From a virus, in the IMG/VR virus record IMGVR_UViG_3300038466_000012, positions 1 to 41,602 of that record: a DNA stretch of 41,602 nucleotides. The stretch is one strand, 5' to 3'. The notes under the pieces are model-generated. The model did not search any database. It saw only the letters and a list, made by a program, of their open reading frames with translations, and was not told the DNA's origin. A program made the translations under genes and the position numbers. Below, in pieces: positions 24,529-32,451 of the stretch (positions are counted from its first letter, which is position 1; each line of letters opens with the position of its first letter).

Positions 24529-27500
24529 ACGAGTATACAAAGGTCAAAATAATCATCGCCGTTTTGATTACGGGGATATTGCTGTGTGTCTTGCCGTTTG
24601 CCTGCAATCAGGCAAGGGCCGGAATCCATAACAACAGTGCGGCAGATTCAGGGGAAGATACTGTTACGGTGACTTTCTCCCTGTTGGATACATTGGGCCA
24701 ACCGACACTTGCGGTAACGGGTGATTCTGCAATCATCTTTTACTTGAATCCCACGGGGGCAAAAAGCGACTCTATGAGAATAGATATTGCCGCCAGCGCA
24801 ACGACGACGAAAACACTTCTCGGCGGAAAAACAATTATTACGTATACCTATCCTCAATTGGTCGCTAATATTGATGATATTTGTGCGACTTGCAATGGTG
24901 TGTGGCGGTGGAAGGTATATGCCATTGACGAAGATTTAGATTTGGTGAGCTATTTTACCGACGAGTTCCAAGTCAACACAGGGTGGAATTTATCCGACTC
25001 GGCCATTGTTGACGGGTCGAGTTTTGCGTCATTGGACAACGCGATTGACGTGGGAGTCCTTGCTCAAAACTGTATCGGCACAGACGAAACAGGAGCGGGT
25101 TGTATAGATAGCTTCGCAATATCCTTCAACGCAAAGGTGGCCCTTGCCAATTTTATTTTTGGCTTTAACGACACCACGAAATTAGACACGTCTAAATTTG
25201 GTGCGTGGTTAAAGACAAACATCGGTACGCCGGGGCAAATATGGGGAGCGAACGACACCGGGGTCGTGGACACATCCAAGATCGGCGCTTGGCTGAAAAC
25301 AAACATCGGGACTCCGGGGCAGATATTCGGCACAAACGACACGTCGATCATCGACACGTCGAAACTCGGAGAATGGTTGGCATCGAATATGTCTATCGAT
25401 ACCGATGAGTTGACCGCCAAGGTCGATACCAACGTGTGGGAAACAAAGCAGGTTTACAACACTCTCTCCGCCGAGGACTGGACGAATCACTTTTTCCAGT
25501 ACGACGACGGGATATTGTTCTCCAACTGCGATACGATTACCGACTGGACATTTGAGCATGGCGGCAACGGGCGCATTGACGAAGAATACACCTTCAAAAA
25601 AGAAGGTGACGCCGGGGTCCATATCTGGACTGGCGACGGCGACACGGCGGTAATTTATACCACGTTGCCGACGTACTCGACAGGACGCCCACGGATACCG
25701 CACTTGTCAAATATCACCTTTGATTTGTACATCGACACGAATACCTTCTATCGGTCGCCGCGCTGCGTGAGCTACGCTGACAGCGCGTCAAGTCTACATT
25801 ATCTCAAAGTGATGCTGAGCCGCAATCTTGAGGACGGGCCGTTCAACACGACGACCGGCGGGTTTATGCAATACCTATTCCTCGATCAATCACTTGTTTC
25901 CGGTTGGCAGACTGTGACGGTGCCGGTACAGGGCATGGCTGAAATCGGTGACGCGGATTCATGCGATATTGATTTGGCGAATAAATATATCGGGTTCGAG
26001 GTCGGTGTTGATGGTGCTGGTGATTCGGTTTCAATCGTCATTGACAATATCAGGTTCAATGAGCGCGGACGAGCTAAGGTGATCTTCCGTTATGATGACG
26101 GCCTGATAAGTCAGTATACTCGTGCTTGGCCGTTGCATCGGAAATATCACCAGCGGGCAGCGTTTGCCGTGCGCGGCAATGACATATTGGGTGTTGGCGC
26201 AACAGACATGCACAAAGCCGAATTGGATGAAATTTATGCTGGCGGCAATGATATCATCAACCACGGGTGGAACGCACTGGCGCTTATCGACGTGACAGAT
26301 TCCACTGCGCGGATTGGAATTGACAAGGGGCAGCAGGTATTGCTTGATCTTGGCTACCCTCGTGGGGCGGGAGTATTCGCGCACGCGTCAAATTCGATTG
26401 ACACTATCGGGCTGAGGATCGTAAAGGAAAATCACCAGTTTGCTTGTGGCGGGCGGAACTCAATTCACCGGGGGCACGTTGATGTTATCACCGACCCGAC
26501 CGCCGATGAATTGTACAACTTCCCATACGTGTATATGGAGTATTCTGAGTCGGAAACAATGGACAGATACCGCCGGATGATTGACACGGCGATCATGCAG
26601 GGGAGCTTGTTGATCTTGTCCATGCACGACATTTGCAGTGCGGACAGTGCCAACGGGTCAGATGGTGCAGATATTTCAACGAACGTCGATTCGCTTGACG
26701 CCTTGTTGAGTTACGTCTATGACCTCCGGGCCAGCATCGACGTGACGACGTTCTCCGAGTATTTCAGTCACCAGCGTACATGGTCGGCGCAGTTGAATAC
26801 CATTGAGGATAACACAGATGAACTGAAGGACTCTGTGAAAACCCTCGACAACTGGATATGGGCGTTACGTGATTCGCTTGCTCTGGCCTACGCCGACCTC
26901 GACGCGATAGCCGATGGTGAAGTTGCTGACGGCGCATTGGATTTCGGCGGGGAGATTGACACTACCGGTCTGGGCGCGGCACCGTGGGCGCACGGCACGA
27001 AGGCCCTGACTGATAAATCCGGGTTCGCCCTGACCACCCAGGACTGGACGACCGATGCGGACTTGTTTTTGACTGCTGCCGGGGAAGATTCACTCTCGGT
27101 CCTTGTGAATAAGTTGATCTTACAATTGGACAGCGATTCCTTGCAAACATTGATGCAGGCGGTTATTGCCGGGGCGATTGCCGGAGATTCCGATGGGACG
27201 GCAATTCAGCGGCTTGCTTGGCTATGCCAGCAGGAGTATATCGACAGTGCAGGTCTTGTGGCCGGGGTGTGGGATGTAGATTCCTCGGCAGCGTTTGTCC
27301 TTGCCGGGGGAACAACGGCGACACTGTTGACACGGGCGGCAGCAGGGGGGGCGGCGGCATCATCACCCTGGACGGTTGCTGGTGTTGATTCGATGATTGA
27401 TATGTCGCTCGTTGTTGCAAAAGAGGCATCGGTAACGGCAGTACGCGATTCAATGGACGAAGCGGCGCAAGTTGCCGACGTGTCCGCTCTCGCGCTCGAA

Positions 27501-29600
27501 GCGTCCATAACCGCCATCCGAGATAGTTTGGACGAATGTGTGACCGCAGATGTTTCCGCTCTCGCGCTTGAGGCCAGTGTGACGGCTGTTCGGGACAGCA
27601 TGGATGAGGCCGCACAGGTAGCGACCGGCTTCTCCACTCACTCGGCGGCTGACGTGTGGGCGGTCGGGACGCGGACGTTGACCGCACTCGATGAGGACGC
27701 GACGACCATTGACTTGAATGCGACGGCTGTTGGGTCGGTGGCTGGCGGCGTTGGGTCGGTGACGGGGAGCGTCTTGGGTAATGTCAATGGGTCGGTCGGA
27801 TCGGTGACGGGGAATGTAGGCGGATCAGTCGCGTCGGTAACCGGAGCGGTTGGTTCCGTGACCGGAAATGTCGGCGGAAACGTAACCGGTTCCGTTGGGT
27901 CAGTTGTTGCAGCAGTTAATGTCGGATCGGTCAGTGGCAGCACACCGGCAGCGGATACTCTCGAATTGCGGATGTTGCGCAAGGCGCCGATATCCGGCGT
28001 AACCGAAGGAGTTGATCTTAAAGTTGCTTCCCCCGGATATGTTGGTGTAAATTGGGGAGATATCTATCTGCCGTCGTCCACAGTTTCTTTATCAAACACA
28101 ACAATAAAGGCGGTGGCCGAATTGTCCGCAACGTATCATCCTGGAGCAATTGCGGCCCACGTGCACGATACTCTAAATGCTCGCGCCGATGTCCCGGTGA
28201 ATGCTACGCAAATCAGCGGCAGTGCTGCGGCGGCGGATTCGGTTGAGCGTCAAATTCTTACCGGCAGAATTTTGGCCGACGTAAAGGCCCTCGACGGTGA
28301 CACGCTATCACTCGAAGATTTGAAGGATTTCGCCGACGACGGCTATGACCCGGCGGGCGATACGGTGCATACCGACATTGCGCTGGCCGGGAGTCTGATT
28401 ATCAGCGACGCTGATATGGGCCACGTTGCCGATTCGGTCTGGCAGAAGAACCGAAATGACGTAACAAAAAATGATGGGATGTATGGGAAATTGCTGGACA
28501 CCACCACCACGTCACGGGCAACGACCGGCACCAGTGTAACCGATGCAGATATGGTTGCCATTGCCGATACAATCCTCAATCGCAAGAGCTACCAGCAGAC
28601 CGACACGACAACCGTCGGCGGTCGGATTCATGCGTTGGGCGATTCGTTAATCAGTCAGGAGTGGGCGACCGCTGGGGCAACCGACGTGAGCGACGGGGAT
28701 ATGATTGCCATTGCGGATACCGTGCTCGGCCGCAAGGCGCACCAAAAAACGGATACGTCTACCGTCGGCGGGATCATCCATGCCATAGGTGATTCACTTA
28801 TCAGCCAAGAGTGGGCCACGTCCGGCGCGTCGGCGATCAGTGATGCAGACATTATTGCAATCGCCGATACTGTACTCAATCGCAAGAGTCATCAGCACGA
28901 TGACACCACGACTATCGGCGGTAAAATTCACGCGATGGGCGACTCCCTGAGTACGCAACTATGGGCAGGGTCATCGTACGGCAGCGGGCTACAGGTGGAC
29001 AGCATTTTCGTCTACGATTCATCCGGGACGGATACCCCGGTTCCCGGCGTTTCGGTCACGATCAAAAACGCGGGGATGACCGCCGACGTGGACTATGGGA
29101 TCAACACCAATTCGTCGGGCTATGTGACCTACAACCTCAATGCCAGCACAGCGTACAAGGGCGTATGTGCGGCACCCGGATACACGTTCCCGGTCTCAAG
29201 TTTCACCACGGGGGCCGGGGCGACCAACAACGATACCGTTTGGGGGTACAATATCACCGTCAGCGCACCGGATGACGCCGATCTCAAACGGATTTACGGC
29301 TGGATCAAGGACCTGTCGGACAGGGCACTGTCCGGGGCGATTGTCTCGCTTTCCCTCGACGTGCCGCATGATTCGATCCCGTGCCTGACCGGGACGGGCG
29401 TCACGGTCTACCGCACGGCAGTCCTCGACACGACCGACGCCAACGGATACTGGCAGCTGGATATCTATCCGACCGACGCGCTCACTCCGGCGGCCTGTAC
29501 CTATCAGTATCGGGCGACGTATAACAACGAGTATTTGCGGTGGCACAAGAAAACATTCTCGCCGACGGGGACAACATCACAACCGATCACGGACTATTGA
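24525..29600 (+). CDS. Giant 1691-aa repeat-rich fibre/surface protein with N-terminal anchor, CE4 polysaccharide-deacetylase-like core and C-terminal carboxypeptidase-regulatory-like beta-sandwiches
   Basis: N-terminus KIIIAVLITGILLCVLPFAC. NodB-like motifs are VIFRYDDGLISQY, INHGWN and LLILSMHD (nt ~26070-26640). There are four internal tandem-repeat blocks. The C-terminus has ..VPGVSVTIKN..NSSGYVTYNL.. and ..GAIVSLSL..DANGYWQLDIY... Confidence 0.75.
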   Translation: MNEYTKVKIIIAVLITGILLCVLPFACNQARAGIHNNSAADSGEDTVTVTFSLLDTLGQPTLAVTGDSAIIFYLNPTGAKSDSMRIDIAASATTTKTLLGGKTIITYTYPQLVANIDDICATCNGVWRWKVYAIDEDLDLVSYFTDEFQVNTGWNLSDSAIVDGSSFASLDNAIDVGVLAQNCIGTDETGAGCIDSFAISFNAKVALANFIFGFNDTTKLDTSKFGAWLKTNIGTPGQIWGANDTGVVDTSKIGAWLKTNIGTPGQIFGTNDTSIIDTSKLGEWLASNMSIDTDELTAKVDTNVWETKQVYNTLSAEDWTNHFFQYDDGILFSNCDTITDWTFEHGGNGRIDEEYTFKKEGDAGVHIWTGDGDTAVIYTTLPTYSTGRPRIPHLSNITFDLYIDTNTFYRSPRCVSYADSASSLHYLKVMLSRNLEDGPFNTTTGGFMQYLFLDQSLVSGWQTVTVPVQGMAEIGDADSCDIDLANKYIGFEVGVDGAGDSVSIVIDNIRFNERGRAKVIFRYDDGLISQYTRAWPLHRKYHQRAAFAVRGNDILGVGATDMHKAELDEIYAGGNDIINHGWNALALIDVTDSTARIGIDKGQQVLLDLGYPRGAGVFAHASNSIDTIGLRIVKENHQFACGGRNSIHRGHVDVITDPTADELYNFPYVYMEYSESETMDRYRRMIDTAIMQGSLLILSMHDICSADSANGSDGADISTNVDSLDALLSYVYDLRASIDVTTFSEYFSHQRTWSAQLNTIEDNTDELKDSVKTLDNWIWALRDSLALAYADLDAIADGEVADGALDFGGEIDTTGLGAAPWAHGTKALTDKSGFALTTQDWTTDADLFLTAAGEDSLSVLVNKLILQLDSDSLQTLMQAVIAGAIAGDSDGTAIQRLAWLCQQEYIDSAGLVAGVWDVDSSAAFVLAGGTTATLLTRAAAGGAAASSPWTVAGVDSMIDMSLVVAKEASVTAVRDSMDEAAQVADVSALALEASITAIRDSLDECVTADVSALALEASVTAVRDSMDEAAQVATGFSTHSAADVWAVGTRTLTALDEDATTIDLNATAVGSVAGGVGSVTGSVLGNVNGSVGSVTGNVGGSVASVTGAVGSVTGNVGGNVTGSVGSVVAAVNVGSVSGSTPAADTLELRMLRKAPISGVTEGVDLKVASPGYVGVNWGDIYLPSSTVSLSNTTIKAVAELSATYHPGAIAAHVHDTLNARADVPVNATQISGSAAAADSVERQILTGRILADVKALDGDTLSLEDLKDFADDGYDPAGDTVHTDIALAGSLIISDADMGHVADSVWQKNRNDVTKNDGMYGKLLDTTTTSRATTGTSVTDADMVAIADTILNRKSYQQTDTTTVGGRIHALGDSLISQEWATAGATDVSDGDMIAIADTVLGRKAHQKTDTSTVGGIIHAIGDSLISQEWATSGASAISDADIIAIADTVLNRKSHQHDDTTTIGGKIHAMGDSLSTQLWAGSSYGSGLQVDSIFVYDSSGTDTPVPGVSVTIKNAGMTADVDYGINTNSSGYVTYNLNASTAYKGVCAAPGYTFPVSSFTTGAGATNNDTVWGYNITVSAPDDADLKRIYGWIKDLSDRALSGAIVSLSLDVPHDSIPCLTGTGVTVYRTAVLDTTDANGYWQLDIYPTDALTPAACTYQYRATYNNEYLRWHKKTFSPTGTTSQPITDY
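25185..25391 (+). repeat. In-frame 84-bp (28-aa) tandem repeat, about 2.5 copies
   Basis: DTSKFGAWLKTNIGTPGQIWGANDTGVV / DTSKIGAWLKTNIGTPGQIFGTNDTSII / DTSKLGEWLASNM, starting at 25185, 25269 and 25353. The copies differ mostly at synonymous positions. Confidence 0.9.
27423..27623 (+). repeat. In-frame 72-75-bp tandem repeat, about 2.7 copies
   Basis: EASVTAVRDSMDEAAQVADVSALAL / EASITAIRDSLDECVTADVSALAL / EASVTAVRDSMDEAAQVA. Confidence 0.9.
27727..27946 (+). repeat. Low-complexity Gly/Ser/Val/Asn repeat (GSVTGNVGG-like nonamers)
   Basis: VGSVAGGVGSVTGSVLGNVNGSVGSVTGNVGGSVASVTGAVGSVTGNVGGNVTGSVGSV... Confidence 0.85.
28404..28980 (+). repeat. In-frame ~150-bp (45-50-aa) tandem repeat, 4 copies
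   Basis: Units start at 28404, 28539, 28689 and 28839. Consensus: (S/T)D(A/G)DM(I/V)AIADT(I/V)L(N/G)RK.HQ..DT(T/S)T(V/I)GG.IHA.GDSLISQEWAT.GA. Confidence 0.9.
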
Positions 29601-29601
29601 G

Positions 29602-29994
29602 ATGGGCGACCTGAGTAAAAACTTTGCGACCAGTGAGTTTCGCTGTCATTGCGGGTGTGAGCGGATGCAGGCCGATCCGCGCCTGCTGGCCGGGCTGGAG
29701 AAATTGCGCTCATTCATCCAGCGGCCGATCACAATCAACAGCGGGTTCCGTTGCCCGGCGCACAATGCAACTGTGGGTGGGGCGGCCAACAGTCAGCACG
29801 TGCTCGGGCGCGCGGCGGATATCACCGCTGAAAACTACACTCCATCGGAGCTATTTGTCGTCGCCGAGCACGTTCTCGAATTTCGCAATGGCGGGATCGG
29901 TATCTACCCGCTCGATGGATTTCTCCACGTCGATGTCCGGCAGGGGCGCGCGCGGTGGGGCTTGGATAAATTACTGAAAACGAAGGAGGTTTGA
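29602..29994 (+). CDS. Endolysin, peptidase M15 (zinc D-Ala-D-Ala carboxypeptidase-like) family
   Basis: Motifs SGFRCPAHN, SQHVLGRAADI and GFLHVD. No signal peptide. The gene starts 1 nt after the fibre gene stop. Confidence 0.85.
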   Translation: MGDLSKNFATSEFRCHCGCERMQADPRLLAGLEKLRSFIQRPITINSGFRCPAHNATVGGAANSQHVLGRAADITAENYTPSELFVVAEHVLEFRNGGIGIYPLDGFLHVDVRQGRARWGLDKLLKTKEV

Positions 29995-30204
29995 ATGAGC
30001 AAACTCCCGACCGATTCAGTCACGTTGATCGGGCTGATTGTGGTCTGTGCCAGTTTCGTCATCCCGCTGTGCATGGGAGTGACGGTCGCAGACCTGAAGG
30101 AGCTGGGCTTGGTCCTCAGTCCAGTCATCACTGGTTTTTTCACCTACCGGGGGTCAAAAATGACGCAAAACGGCAACGGAACAAAACCGCAGGAGGTAAA
30201 GTGA
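29995..30204 (+). CDS. Holin, two transmembrane segments
   Basis: 69 aa with TM1 VTLIGLIVVCASFVIPLCMGV, TM2 LGLVLSPVITGFFTY and a charged C-terminus. RBS GGAGG. It directly follows the endolysin (TGAATG). Confidence 0.7.
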   Translation: MSKLPTDSVTLIGLIVVCASFVIPLCMGVTVADLKELGLVLSPVITGFFTYRGSKMTQNGNGTKPQEVK

Positions 30205-30734
30205 AACCATTAAAGATCATCTTACTGGCCGCGATCCTGGCGGCCCTGATGTATCCCAACTGCATGGCGCAATGGGTTGCCGAACCGTCGGCGGTTGTCG
30301 GCGGCGCATTCATGGGCTTCGACCATAAAGTCCCCTACGGCGCGACGAAATACAGTTGGTTCGGTTTTTTCACGGCGGTCAAAACTGCCGAGGTCATCGA
30401 CGGGCGTATCTGGTGGTACAACGGCATCCAATATGGCAACGCGATATACCCCGGCGCCGCGGATAATTGGGGCGGCAATGCCCGGCTGGTATTCAAGGGA
30501 CGCTGGCCGGGATCGTATTTCTGGATCAGCTCCGGCTGGTATGATCACATTGCCGAAAAGGGAACTGATTACGAGTCCGGCCTGACGGTGTACGCCGGCG
30601 GATCCTACGATCTCGGCTCCGGGTTTAACCTGATGGGCGAGTACGGCTGGTCGGACCGGGGACCGGCGTTTCATTCCGAGGTCAAAATCGGCGTCGGTCT
30701 GGACGCCTGGGATTTGCTCAAAAAGAAAAAATGA
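30201..30734 (+). CDS. Exported aromatic/Gly-rich beta-strand protein (outer-membrane-barrel-like)
   Basis: GTG at 30201 follows GGAGG and overlaps the holin stop (GTGA). Signal peptide KIILLAAILAALMYPNCMA|QW. Alternating patterns such as GLTVYAGGSYDLGSGFNLMGEYGWS are present. There is no canonical lipobox and no terminal aromatic residue. Confidence 0.55.
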   Translation: MKPLKIILLAAILAALMYPNCMAQWVAEPSAVVGGAFMGFDHKVPYGATKYSWFGFFTAVKTAEVIDGRIWWYNGIQYGNAIYPGAADNWGGNARLVFKGRWPGSYFWISSGWYDHIAEKGTDYESGLTVYAGGSYDLGSGFNLMGEYGWSDRGPAFHSEVKIGVGLDAWDLLKKKK

Positions 30735-30742
30735 GGTGAGCC

Positions 30743-30952
30743 ATGAAATACGTTTTGATCGGGCTGATAATCGCGGCGGTGTTGATCGTGATCCGTGGCG
30801 CTGGCGGGGATGACCAGCCGCAGTTGTCGCAGCAGATTGAATTGCAGGGACCGCAGCAGGTAATGCAGCTCGTATTGATTCCCGACGGGGACGCCGTGCC
30901 GTTTTGCAGTCCGCTCCGGGGCTGTGTCGGAGGCCATTGGGAGCTGCTATGA
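30743..30952 (+). CDS. Small N-terminally anchored membrane protein
   Basis: 69 aa with TM YVLIGLIIAAVLIVI. RBS GAGGTGAG. An ATGA overlap joins it to the patatin gene. Confidence 0.55.
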   Translation: MKYVLIGLIIAAVLIVIRGAGGDDQPQLSQQIELQGPQQVMQLVLIPDGDAVPFCSPLRGCVGGHWELL

Positions 30953-31761
30953 GGGCACTGGTATTGTCCGGCGGCGGGGCGAAAGGCGCGTTCGAAGCCG
31001 GGGTATGTCTGGAGCTGGCCGCGGCCGGCCGGGACTACGACCTGATCGTCGGGGTTTCGACCGGCGCGCTGGCCGCAGTAGTGCTCGGCCAGGATACGTT
31101 TGCCGAGGCCGCCGAGCGGTTGCGCGCCCACTACCAGGCGATCCGGGGGCCGTCCGACGTATACCATTCCCGCTCGTTGTGGGGCAAAATCCGGGGCGGG
31201 CTATACTCCCCGGCGCCGCTCCGCAAAAAGATCGAGACCGAGGTTGCCCGTGGGAAATGGCAGCGGCAGGTGGCCGTGGGCGTGGTCGATATGCGATCGG
31301 GGGAATTTAAGACCGTCGGCCCGGACGATCCCTGTTTCGTCGATTATGTGCTGGCCTCGTGCAGTTTCCCGCCATATTTTCCGCCGGTTAAAATCTGGGG
31401 GCGGCCATACATGGACGGCGGCCTGCGCAATATCGCGCCGCTGGCAACGGCGATACAGGCCGGGGCGTCGTACGTGGATATGATTCTGGCGAGTCCGGCG
31501 ACGGTCGACGAGTGGCCGGGGACCGGCTGGACGTGGGATATCGCGGGCCGGGCGATCACCGTCGCCGTCAACGAGGTCTACCGGGACGATATGACGTACA
31601 GCGGCTATGCGGATATCCTGAGGTACGAGCCGTCGGTCGCCGACTGGCGGCGGCTGTACGGCAACATCCCGTATATCGGCACGCTGGAGTTTGACCCGGC
31701 CCAGATACAGCGGGCGATTGAGTATGGCCGGATTGCCGGGCACAAAATTTTGAGCGTTTGA
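30949..31761 (+). CDS. Patatin-like phospholipase
   Basis: 270 aa. Oxyanion motif SGGGAKGAFEAG, nucleophile elbow GVSTG and catalytic Asp motif MDGGLRN are all present in the canonical order. No signal peptide. RBS GGGAG lies 5 nt upstream. Confidence 0.85.
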   Translation: MRALVLSGGGAKGAFEAGVCLELAAAGRDYDLIVGVSTGALAAVVLGQDTFAEAAERLRAHYQAIRGPSDVYHSRSLWGKIRGGLYSPAPLRKKIETEVARGKWQRQVAVGVVDMRSGEFKTVGPDDPCFVDYVLASCSFPPYFPPVKIWGRPYMDGGLRNIAPLATAIQAGASYVDMILASPATVDEWPGTGWTWDIAGRAITVAVNEVYRDDMTYSGYADILRYEPSVADWRRLYGNIPYIGTLEFDPAQIQRAIEYGRIAGHKILSV

Positions 31762-31795
31762 CCTGCCCTGTGGTGGGGCAGCATCCTCCGTGGAC

Positions 31796-31832
31796 ACCCC
31801 GTCGGGCCGCATCCCCGACGGGGTTTTATTTT
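31796..31832 (+). terminator. Rho-independent terminator ending the late/lysis operon
   Basis: ACCCCGTCGGG (31796-31806), loop CCGCAT, CCCCGACGGGGT (31813-31824), then TTTATTTT. Confidence 0.8.
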
Positions 31833-31943
31833 GCCCGGCGGCTGCGCCCGCTTGCGACTGCGCGACGATAATTTCCCCGGCGACCACAGGGCCAATAAAA
31901 AGATCGTCGCTGTACGGGCATTTCTCGCGGTTTTTGGGCTGGT

Positions 31944-31970
31944 CAACCGTTAAGGATTTCTTAATGGTTG
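31944..31970. promoter_or_regulatory. 11-bp inverted repeat, candidate operator
   Basis: CAACCGTTAAG-GATTT-CTTAATGGTTG with one mismatch. It lies ~70 nt upstream of the early promoter in a 360-nt non-coding gap. Confidence 0.45.
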
Positions 31971-32003
31971 CAAGTCTGTGCGTTGTAAATGCTTGGTGGG
32001 AAA

Positions 32004-32065
32004 TTGAAAATAAATTGAAAAAATATTGAAAAAAAGCTTGACAAATGTTAAACTAATCGTATCTT
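32004..32065 (+). promoter_or_regulatory. Early promoter with phased A-tract/TTGAAAA upstream element
   Basis: TTGAAAA occurs at 32004, 32015 and 32026 (11-bp phasing). TTGACA (32038-32043) is followed by a 16-nt spacer and TATCTT (32060-32065). The first early gene starts at 32122. Confidence 0.6.
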
Positions 32066-32121
32066 GCGGTCGATAAAAATAGCAGGCCGCGGCAATAACG
32101 CCGGGGCAGAACGGGGGAAAA

Positions 32122-32451
32122 ATGAACATCACAATCACAACCGAGCACTCGGCCAGTAGCTACGGCAAGCCGGTCATCCTGATCGACGGCGAGGTTGCCG
32201 ATCAAACCGCAGGCGTGACCGCCGTGTACGAGGCGATCAAATGCGTGCCGATCGACGGTTTTTTGGGCCTGCCGACCACGCTGGCCGAGCAGCATGACCC
32301 GGCAGCGTATGTCAAGATGGCCAACGCGGCCTACGCGCAGTATGATAATTTACAAGCGGCGGTCCGTGCCCTTGCTCTCCGCCGTGGTGTTGCCCCAGAG
32401 GACGCCACTGCGGCCGATTTTTTGCTCATGGATTTTTTGGCGGCGATCTAA
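32122..32451 (+). CDS. Hypothetical first early protein
   Basis: 109 aa, RBS GGGGGA. It is the first ORF after the early promoter. Confidence 0.6.
   Translation: MNITITTEHSASSYGKPVILIDGEVADQTAGVTAVYEAIKCVPIDGFLGLPTTLAEQHDPAAYVKMANAAYAQYDNLQAAVRALALRRGVAPEDATAADFLLMDFLAAI

Noticed and set aside
25185-28980. Repeat blocks in the giant gene as a DGR template/variable-repeat pair
   Set aside because: No reverse transcriptase ORF exists anywhere in the window. The repeats are adjacent in-frame protein repeats, and their differences are not restricted to adenine positions.
31201-31887. 228-aa minus-strand ORF; also 12789..13418(-) and 34595..35200(-)
   Set aside because: All are antisense to + strand genes that have motifs or tight coupling. 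The products are low-complexity and have no independent support.
31833-32000. Possible tRNA or attP core in the intergenic gap
   Set aside because: I could find no T-loop (GTTCRANNC) or cloverleaf pairing by eye, and no integrase is present to use an attP.
31790-32029. 79-aa + strand ORF and the 31950..32138 minus ORF in the large intergenic gap
   Set aside because: Neither has an RBS. They run through the terminator, the dyad and the promoter A-tracts, and their composition is not protein-like.
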